Below, in pieces: positions 57,603-64,000 of a stretch of 64,000 nt of DNA. Source of the stretch: Phycisphaerales bacterium (GTDB lineage: Bacteria; Planctomycetota; Phycisphaerae; Phycisphaerales; UBA1924); contig JAGQOH010000001.1 of NCBI GenBank assembly GCA_020427635.1, forward strand, positions 26,155 through 90,154. Direction: 5' to 3'. The notes beneath the pieces were generated by a model. That model was not told where the DNA came from. It saw only the letters and a list, made by a program, of their open reading frames with translations, and made no database searches. Made by a program: the position numbers and the translations under genes. Numbering within the stretch: the first letter of the stretch is position 1; the number at the start of each line of letters is the position of its first letter.

Positions 57603-58334
57603 ATGACCGATGGCCCGATGCCAGATCGATTTGTGGGCTTGCCGCCACACTTGCCGCAAGTGCCCCATGAGCCCTACGTCCCGGGGGTCGCGCCCGAACT
57701 GGCGGCCAAGCGCTACTTCGACATCATGGATCAGCGCCGCTCGGTGCGATTTTTTTCCGACAAGCCGGTGAGCCAGGAGACGATCGAATGGATCGTGCGG
57801 ACGGGCGGGACCGCCCCGAGCGGCGCCCACAAGCAGCCCTGGCGGTTTGTGTGCGTGAATGATCCTGCGTTGAAGCGGGAGATTCGACTCGCGGCGGAGG
57901 AGGAAGAGCGCGAGTTCTATGAGCGTCGCGCCTCGCGCCGGTGGCTTGAGGACCTGGCGCCCTTGGGCACTGATGCGAGCAAGCCATTTCTCGAGATCGC
58001 GCCGTGGCTCATCGTCGTCTTTGCGCTCGTCAAGACCGATGATGGCGGGCAGGTGTACTACCGCGAGGAATCGGTGGGCATCGCATGCGGCATGCTCATC
58101 AGCGCCATTCACCACGCGGGGCTTGTCACACTGACACACACGCCAAGCCCGATGAAATTCCTGCAGCGCGTCCTGCATCGACCTGAGCATGAGCGGGCGT
58201 ACTTGTTGCTACCCGTTGGATACCCCGCGGCGGGCTGCACCGTGCCCGATCTGCGCCGCAAGCCGCTCGAAGAGGCTATGGTGGTGAATCGACCGGCGGG
58301 TGGGGCCGGTGATGGGCAGAGGATTGAGTCATGA
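57603..58334 (+). CDS. nitroreductase-superfamily protein, iodotyrosine-deiodinase-like
   Basis: [12 protein letters not shown]...[17 protein letters not shown]...[40 protein letters not shown] parallels IYD. ATG at 57603 (the track start at 57555 is TTG). Confidence 0.7.
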   Translation: MTDGPMPDRFVGLPPHLPQVPHEPYVPGVAPELAAKRYFDIMDQRRSVRFFSDKPVSQETIEWIVRTGGTAPSGAHKQPWRFVCVNDPALKREIRLAAEEEEREFYERRASRRWLEDLAPLGTDASKPFLEIAPWLIVVFALVKTDDGGQVYYREESVGIACGMLISAIHHAGLVTLTHTPSPMKFLQRVLHRPEHERAYLLLPVGYPAAGCTVPDLRRKPLEEAMVVNRPAGGAGDGQRIES

Positions 58335-58951
58335 GGCGAGCAAGTGTGATGTGGATGGTGTGTGTCTGCGCTGTCTTGGGCGGGTGCAATCGCATCATGG
58401 GACAAGCGGATTGGGCGCGAGAGACAAACTTCGAGTTCTCCGAATTGCCTCGTTCACGTGCCTCGCAGATTCAGCAGGTTTTTCTCAATCACTCGCTGAG
58501 CTCCGAGATCATGGAAGATGCGTCGGTAACTACTTTCCGCGTGCGCGGGATCGTGGGCACACGCCAGCTTGCGTATGTGCTTCATGACATCGATCAGACG
58601 CTCTTGGCGATGGCCGAATCATCGCCGCTCGAACGCGCGACGTTGCGGTTTGGTTCGCTTGCTGCGCAGGGGCGCATCTACAGCACGATCGAGGTGCGTG
58701 TGTCGCAGAACGCACGGGCGTTCATTGCGGACCGATCGGCAGACTCGCCCTGGCGCGAAGTGCCTGTTGCGGAAGGTCGCTTCAAGGGCCCGGTGAACAC
58801 GTCACTGATGGTCGCCGAGCAGCGCGGGTGGGTGTATTACGCGGCGTATCGCGAAGGCGGCTTGACCTACGGGCGCGTGAACGTGCTGACGGGTCAAACC
58901 GAGAGCCGAGTGGATTTGCCGCCCGGTTTTCCTGCGCCTGTCGCGCGCTAG
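58331..58951 (+). CDS. putative lipoprotein
   Basis: [19 protein letters not shown] lipobox. 4-nt overlap with the upstream gene. Confidence 0.55.
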   Translation: MRRASVMWMVCVCAVLGGCNRIMGQADWARETNFEFSELPRSRASQIQQVFLNHSLSSEIMEDASVTTFRVRGIVGTRQLAYVLHDIDQTLLAMAESSPLERATLRFGSLAAQGRIYSTIEVRVSQNARAFIADRSADSPWREVPVAEGRFKGPVNTSLMVAEQRGWVYYAAYREGGLTYGRVNVLTGQTESRVDLPPGFPAPVAR

Positions 58952-60066
58952 AAGGCGCCCGAGGCGCTGCCAATCAACAACGCGGCAATCGGACCAATGG
59001 CGTAGCCCATCCCGATCATCGCCTCGTGCCAGCCGCCTGCGTCGACCTCGGCTGAGCCCGCTTCCATCGCGTAGTAGAGCGCCGCGGCGTACACCGCGCC
59101 GACGCCTGCGCCGAGCGCGATGAGGCCAGCTGTCATCAAGCCCAGATTCGGCGCAAGCACGCAGCCAACCACACCGAGCAGCATGAGCGCGCCCGACCAG
59201 ATCGCGGTGCGCCAGCGCCCGTGCCAGCCATGCCAGCGCTCGAGCAGCAGGAACATCAAGAAGCGGCTGATGAGCCAGATCGAGGTGACGACCGCCGCCC
59301 GGTCGACAGGCACATCAAGCTGACTCAGCAGGTGCGGCAGAATGGGCGTCAAGGCCGCGTGCAACGTATAGCTGCACATCAGCAGGATCCGGAAGCCTTT
59401 CAGAAGCGTGCGCGCACGATCAATGCCATAGGACTCGTGCGCGAGCATCTCCTGATCAGCATGACCTGCGGGAGCGGGGTTTGCTGGGAAGAAGCGCAGC
59501 ACGATGCCCAGCGCAAGCAGTTGTGCCAATGTGAGCCCGCCAAAAACGATGAATGGCGCATGCTCAATGATCGGCGCGATGAACCACATCATCACGACCA
59601 GCGCCGATGCCCACGTGAGGTTGAAACGACCTGTCGCAAAGAGCAATCGCTTGCTGCGCCGCCCGCCTGAAAGATACGCCTCGACGGTTGGCCACAAGAA
59701 ACCGATGAGCGTCATGAAGAAGAAACCGAAGATCCAGATCGACCACGCGGCGCGCGCGAAGAATGGAAGCAGGGCCGCAGCGCCCGTACCGATCACGATC
59801 GCGGCGAGCCAACGGCGCAAGGACCACCCGCGCTTGGCGAGCAGGCGCATGAACCTGCCCGCCGTGGCGGCGCAAAAAGTGTAGACAACGCCAAACGCTG
59901 CGGCGAGGACCAGGTTCTGCTGCTTCGTAAAACCGAGGGCGTCTTCGGTGATGAAGAACATCCCGTTCCAGCCAATGCCTGAGCTGAAGCTGCACAGCCA
60001 TGTCACGCTGAGCACGGCCCAAAGGGGGGCGACGCCGGGTTGCGGTTGGTTTGGGTTGACCGTCAC
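58948..60066 (-). CDS. MFS transporter
   Basis: About 12 predicted TM helices. GTG start. Confidence 0.7.
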   Translation of the reverse strand: MTVNPNQPQPGVAPLWAVLSVTWLCSFSSGIGWNGMFFITEDALGFTKQQNLVLAAAFGVVYTFCAATAGRFMRLLAKRGWSLRRWLAAIVIGTGAAALLPFFARAAWSIWIFGFFFMTLIGFLWPTVEAYLSGGRRSKRLLFATGRFNLTWASALVVMMWFIAPIIEHAPFIVFGGLTLAQLLALGIVLRFFPANPAPAGHADQEMLAHESYGIDRARTLLKGFRILLMCSYTLHAALTPILPHLLSQLDVPVDRAAVVTSIWLISRFLMFLLLERWHGWHGRWRTAIWSGALMLLGVVGCVLAPNLGLMTAGLIALGAGVGAVYAAALYYAMEAGSAEVDAGGWHEAMIGMGYAIGPIAALLIGSASGAF

Positions 60067-60155
60067 GAGCGCCCCTTGAGCCCGCGGTTTTGCGGGCCGC
60101 GTGCGCCGACCCTATCATCGCATGTTCCCGCCCACTTGGGCGGGTGGTCATGTTT

Positions 60156-60229
60156 GTGGGTGTAGCTCAATTGGATAGAGCGTTGGCCTCCGAAGCCAAA
60201 GGTTGGTGGTTCGAGTCCACCCATCCACG
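60156..60229 (+). tRNA. tRNA-Arg (anticodon CCG)
   Basis: Manual fold: acceptor gtgggtg/catccac (one G:U pair), anticodon stem ttggc/gccaa with loop ctccgaa, T-arm ggtgg-ttcgagt-ccacc. Confidence 0.88.
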
Positions 60230-60302
60230 CTTTGAACTTCGCGACGATGTCGCGAGTAAGAAACTGTAGGACACCCTGGGAATGAATCCCAGGGCTACAG
60301 AG

Positions 60303-61538
60303 TCAAGAGCGCACAGCAATTAGGACCGTTTGGTCATCCTCGGCCGGCGCGCCGGCGCGGTGGGTGTTGGCCACGCGCACGATCGATGCACACATGGCGT
60401 CTGCGGAAGTGGGCGCGTTGGCGAGGGCGCTGGCAACGCCATTGGCGCGCAGGGCTTTGCCGCCCGCTGGGCGCGCGTCAAAGATGCCATCGGAGATGAG
60501 CAGGAGGGCATCCGCGGCCGAGAGTTGTGATGTGTTCGGGCCTTCGAGTTCGAGTTCGGCGTCAACGCCAAGCGGCGGAGCATTCGCACAGAGCGAATCG
60601 AATGTGCCGTCGGCGCGGCGGATGAGGATGGGCGCCTGGCCGGCCGCGACAAACGTCACCGATCCGGTCGTTGGCTCGATGGTGCCCATGAACGCCGTGA
60701 CGAATCGCCCGTGCGGCAGATCAATTGCGCACTGGCGATTGACGTGGCGAGCGACGTCTTCGAGTGGGGCGCCGAGGTACACGCCCATGCGCATCATTGC
60801 AAGCACCTGACTGACCGACAGGGCGGGGCCCACGCCATGCCCCGCGGCATCGGCCATGAAAAGCCAGAGCTTGCCATGAGCATGGATCGCGTCATAGGCA
60901 TCGCCCGCAGCTTCCGTGGCAGGCGCGCTGTGTGCCGCAAGCGACCAACCGGGAAGAACCGGCAGCGCCTTGGGAAGCGATGATTGCTGAATGAGGCGCG
61001 CGATGCGCAGCTCGGCCTCGAGTTCGTCTCGCCGGCGAGCCGCTTCGAGCAATGTTGCCCGGCGGAGGGCCATCGCCGCCTGATCCGTCAGGTGTCGCGC
61101 GACCTCTTCATCTTCGTCAGAGAACGTGCGGCCGTTGCCTGCTTCGTGCAGCACCTGCGCGACGCCGACCAACGCACCTGCTTCATCGATCAAGGGCAAG
61201 GTCAGCAGCGCGCCTGTGACGAAACCGCTGCGCTGGCTGATCGTTGGGTCAAAGCGCGCGTCCTTTGATGCATCGGCCACGTTGATCGAAGTGCGCAGGC
61301 GCGCCGCTTCGCCGATGAGGCCGCGATTCGCAGGCAATCGAAGGTCCCCCGGCAGGCCATGCGCGCGCGTGGCGTAGAACTCATCCTGTGCCATGTCATA
61401 CTGAAACACAGATGCGCGGTCGGCGTGCAACACGTCGCGCAGCGCGTCGATGATGACGGTCAGCACATCGTGCAGGTCGGGCGAGCCCGCCAGCCGCCGC
61501 GCCGCTTCGAGCACGCGTTCATACGCTTGCGCCTTCAC
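60303..61538 (-). CDS. GAF-domain PP2C/SpoIIE-family serine phosphatase
   Basis: N-terminal GAF-like region. C-terminal GDAYDAI...FMADAAGHGVGPAL...LLISDGIFD. GTG start. Confidence 0.8.
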   Translation of the reverse strand: MKAQAYERVLEAARRLAGSPDLHDVLTVIIDALRDVLHADRASVFQYDMAQDEFYATRAHGLPGDLRLPANRGLIGEAARLRTSINVADASKDARFDPTISQRSGFVTGALLTLPLIDEAGALVGVAQVLHEAGNGRTFSDEDEEVARHLTDQAAMALRRATLLEAARRRDELEAELRIARLIQQSSLPKALPVLPGWSLAAHSAPATEAAGDAYDAIHAHGKLWLFMADAAGHGVGPALSVSQVLAMMRMGVYLGAPLEDVARHVNRQCAIDLPHGRFVTAFMGTIEPTTGSVTFVAAGQAPILIRRADGTFDSLCANAPPLGVDAELELEGPNTSQLSAADALLLISDGIFDARPAGGKALRANGVASALANAPTSADAMCASIVRVANTHRAGAPAEDDQTVLIAVRS

Positions 61539-61547
61539 GGGGTTAGC

Positions 61548-62483
61548 TTACTCTGCTTCGTCGGCAAAGAGCGCATCGAGGTATCGCTTAGGTTCGAACA
61601 GTTCGATGTCGTCAGGCGTTTCACCCGTGCCAACGAACTTGACAGGGATGCCCGTGGTCTGGCGCACCGCGACCGCGATGCCGCCCTTTGCCGTGCCATC
61701 CAGTTTGGCAAGGAACACACCTGTGACGCCCGCGGCTTCCTGAAAGTGCTTGGCTTGCGACAGAGCATTCTGTCCAATCGTCGCATCGAGTACGAGCAGC
61801 ACTTCGTGCGGTGCATTCTCAATCTTCTTGCCAATGACATTGCGAATCTTGGCGAGTTGGCGCATGAGCGGATCTTGCGTTTGCAAGCGCCCGGCGGTGT
61901 CGAGGATGAGCACATCGACCTTGCGGGCCAGCGCCGACTCGCACGCGTCGAACGCAACCGCGGCGGGGTCGCCTCCTTGTTGGCCCTTCACGATCGGGAT
62001 TCCCAAGCGCTCGGACCAGATCTCAAGCTGGCGCACGGCGCCTGCGCGATATGTGTCGCACGCGCCGAGCATCACACTCTTGCCGTCGCGTACGATCGCG
62101 CTTGCGAGCTTGGCGATGCTGGTCGTCTTGCCTGCGCCGTTGATGCCCGTCACGAGGATCACGGTGGTCGTGCCGGCGGGCGCCATCCGCAGCGCGCGAT
62201 CCTCAGCAGGCCACAATGCGGCCAGCTCGTCCTTCAGGAACGCGATGACCTGGTCGCCTTCGGTCAACGTGCCGGCACGCGACTCCTTGCGCACGCGCTC
62301 CATGAGCGTGTTCACCGCTTCCAGGCCCAGGTCGGCTTGGATGAGCTTGGCTTCGAGCTCTTTGATGAGCGCATCATCGACAGTGCGCCCGTGCAACAGC
62401 GAGCGCAAGGACGTCGTGAAGGTCTCGCGCGTCCGCGTGAGACCCTTTTTGAGCCCGCCGAAGAGCCCTTTGAGGAGCGCCAT
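61548..62483 (-). CDS. ftsY: signal recognition particle receptor FtsY
   Basis: VTGINGAGKTTS, DTAGRL and LAKLDGTAKGG motifs. Confidence 0.93.
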   Translation of the reverse strand: MALLKGLFGGLKKGLTRTRETFTTSLRSLLHGRTVDDALIKELEAKLIQADLGLEAVNTLMERVRKESRAGTLTEGDQVIAFLKDELAALWPAEDRALRMAPAGTTTVILVTGINGAGKTTSIAKLASAIVRDGKSVMLGACDTYRAGAVRQLEIWSERLGIPIVKGQQGGDPAAVAFDACESALARKVDVLILDTAGRLQTQDPLMRQLAKIRNVIGKKIENAPHEVLLVLDATIGQNALSQAKHFQEAAGVTGVFLAKLDGTAKGGIAVAVRQTTGIPVKFVGTGETPDDIELFEPKRYLDALFADEAE

Positions 62484-62929
62484 TACGCGGCTCCTTCACG
62501 TTGCGCCAGCACCTGCTTGAGAATCGCATCAAGCAGTGCATTCACGAAGCCAGGTGAGCGCTCGGTACCGAACGTCTTTGCGAGTTCGATGGCTTCATTC
62601 ACAATGGCTTTCGGTTCGTTGGTCGTCTGGGTCATCTCGTAGTGCGCCAGACGCAGAACAGCGCGGTCGGCAGCGGGCATTCGGTGCGCAGGCCACTCAG
62701 GTGAAAGCTCGCGAAACGCGGTGTCCGCTTCGCGCCGACTGGCCCACGCGCCCTCCGCGGTGGCCATCGCCTTGCGCCGATCGCGCGGTTCGAACTTCAC
62801 GCCGTGCTCGTCGGCTTCAAAGTGCTCGACCCATGCACGCACTGTGTCAAGATTGTCGCCTTCCGCGGCGTCCAATTGGAAGAGCGCAGTGAATGCAAGC
62901 GTTCGGATATCACGCGGGCGGGCCATCAC
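62483..62929 (-). CDS. nusB: transcription antitermination factor NusB
   Basis: ALFQLD...ELAKTFGTERSPGFVNALLDAI pattern. The ATG at 62926 is an alternative start. Confidence 0.88.
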   Translation of the reverse strand: MMARPRDIRTLAFTALFQLDAAEGDNLDTVRAWVEHFEADEHGVKFEPRDRRKAMATAEGAWASRREADTAFRELSPEWPAHRMPAADRAVLRLAHYEMTQTTNEPKAIVNEAIELAKTFGTERSPGFVNALLDAILKQVLAQREGAA

Positions 62930-63474
62930 TCAAGTTCCTCATCGTCATCATCTTCGTCGTTCGCTTGATCGCCTTCGACCAGTGCCAACGCCTCGAGCAT
63001 GGCCAATGTGTCGAGCGCCGCATCCATGGCTTCTGCGCCTTTGTTACCCATGGCCCCGCCGGCGCGCGCCTCAGCTTGTTTGGCACTCTCGACGGTGAGA
63101 AGCCCGAAGCCGACTGGCACACCATGGTCGGCTGCGATGTGTGCAAGTGTCGACGACACTGAGTGGTTGATGTGCTGGTCGTGCGAGGTCTCGCCCTTGA
63201 TGACACAGCCCAGCGCGACGACCGCGTGAAACGCGCCCGACTGAATTGCCTCACTCACCAGGAGGGGCAATTCGAAGGCCCCCGGGGCTTCGATGATCGT
63301 TACCGTCGATTCGGTGCCGCCCAGGCGGCGCTCGAAGGCGGCGACGGCCCCCTCGCGCAGGTTGCATGTGATCCACTCGTTGTAGCGCGATACCACGATG
63401 GCCACCTGGAGCGCTTCCTCCGTGGCCAGTTGGACCAGGTCGACAGGCTCGATGGTGCGGACGAGGGGTGTCAT
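62926..63474 (-). CDS. ribH: 6,7-dimethyl-8-ribityllumazine synthase
   Basis: ORF 62926..63756, ATG at 63474. IVVSRYNEWI...PGAFELP...ALGCVIKGETSH...VGFGLLTV. Acidic C-terminal tail. Confidence 0.9.
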   Translation of the reverse strand: MTPLVRTIEPVDLVQLATEEALQVAIVVSRYNEWITCNLREGAVAAFERRLGGTESTVTIIEAPGAFELPLLVSEAIQSGAFHAVVALGCVIKGETSHDQHINHSVSSTLAHIAADHGVPVGFGLLTVESAKQAEARAGGAMGNKGAEAMDAALDTLAMLEALALVEGDQANDEDDDDEELE

Positions 63475-63525
63475 GGGGGCGGATCGTAGCCCCGCGAGGG
63501 GCTCGCGGCGCGTACCATCGCCCCC

Positions 63526-64000
63526 GTGCCTGCCCCAGCGTTCCAAGCCCTGGCTCCCTACCTGCACTTGACCAGGTTGTCGACTGCATTCGGGGCTCTC
63601 GCAAATGTGTGGTTCGTGGTGCTCTGGGTCCGTGGGGTGGCGCCGGAGCGGACAGGGCTCGTGGCCCGGGCGGGCGGGACGCTTACGCCCCCCGCGCTGG
63701 AGTGGCCTCTTTGGCTTGTGCTGGCCATCACCGGCGTGATCGCCCTCGCCCTTCACGGGTTCTCATCTGTGTTGAACGACACGCTGGACTTCCGGCGCGA
63801 CCAGGCGCTGCACCCCGGGCGTCCATTGCCCTCTGGTCGGGTTCATCGGGACAGTGCAGTGGTCCTGATCGTGGTGTTGCTCTTGCTGGCCTTGGCGGGA
63901 GCGTCGACCCTTGGGCGAGGCTCAGTGTCCGCCGCCGCTTCCGCTGCGGGGCTTATCCTGCTTTTTCACGCCGCGGCGAAGCACGTGCCTGCAGTTGGGT
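63526..64000 (+). CDS. UbiA-family prenyltransferase, 3' end cut by window edge
   Basis: Manual translation from the GTG at 63526 gives TM-rich sequence with LNDTLDFRRD (NDxxDxxxD). No stop before the window end. Confidence 0.5.
   Translation, partial: MPAPAFQALAPYLHLTRLSTAFGALANVWFVVLWVRGVAPERTGLVARAGGTLTPPALEWPLWLVLAITGVIALALHGFSSVLNDTLDFRRDQALHPGRPLPSGRVHRDSAVVLIVVLLLLALAGASTLGRGSVSAAASAAGLILLFHAAAKHVPAVG

Overview
High-GC bacterial chromosome segment. Three PEP-CTERM-anchored proteins, HAF repeats and a dockerin-like tail suggest a Planctomycetota/Phycisphaerae-like host, but this is inference only. All function calls come from motifs recognised by eye in the ORF track; no searches were run.

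Layout:
- 1-16.5 kb: core genes (purC, rpsA, mutY, DASS transporter, cdaA-cdaR, tsf-rpsB).
- 16.6-29.4 kb: a ~12.8 kb integrative island inserted in tRNA-Pro(GGG), bounded by exact 42-bp direct repeats. It carries two tyrosine recombinases, an AlpA-type excisionase, a primase-polymerase, several orphan genes, a HAF/PEP-CTERM surface protein and an 826-aa orphan protein.
- 29.4-32.2 kb: probable fossil of an older tandem island ending at a decayed third att copy. It holds a truncated GlxA/AraC gene, a Cys-rich MarR, a lipoprotein protoglobin and a CPVC thioredoxin-fold protein.
- 32.3-35.1 kb: two PEP-CTERM proteins and small accessory genes.
- 35.3-44.2 kb: glycan-modification cluster. Three adjacent genes with different N-terminal enzyme domains share one ~100-aa C-terminal module.
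- 44.2-45.9 kb: ArsR-SRPBCC-SRPBCC-DUF1428 operon with a perfect 20-bp operator palindrome.
- 46.0-54.4 kb: pyrB-pyrC-pyrF-pyrE-carA-carB.
- 54.5-64 kb: LVIVD/dockerin protein, DUF3465, iodotyrosine-deiodinase-like nitroreductase, MFS transporter, tRNA-Arg(CCG), GAF-PP2C phosphatase, ftsY, nusB, ribH and a partial UbiA-family gene.

Best candidate for an undescribed system: the 826-aa island cargo protein. Its C-terminus has a zinc ribbon plus a PD-(D/E)xK-like motif, and its N-terminal ~650 aa are unrecognisable. A recurrent TTGAC-N6-GTCAA palindrome marks the island's module boundaries.

Many long ORFs in the track are antisense shadows typical of high-GC DNA and were not annotated.
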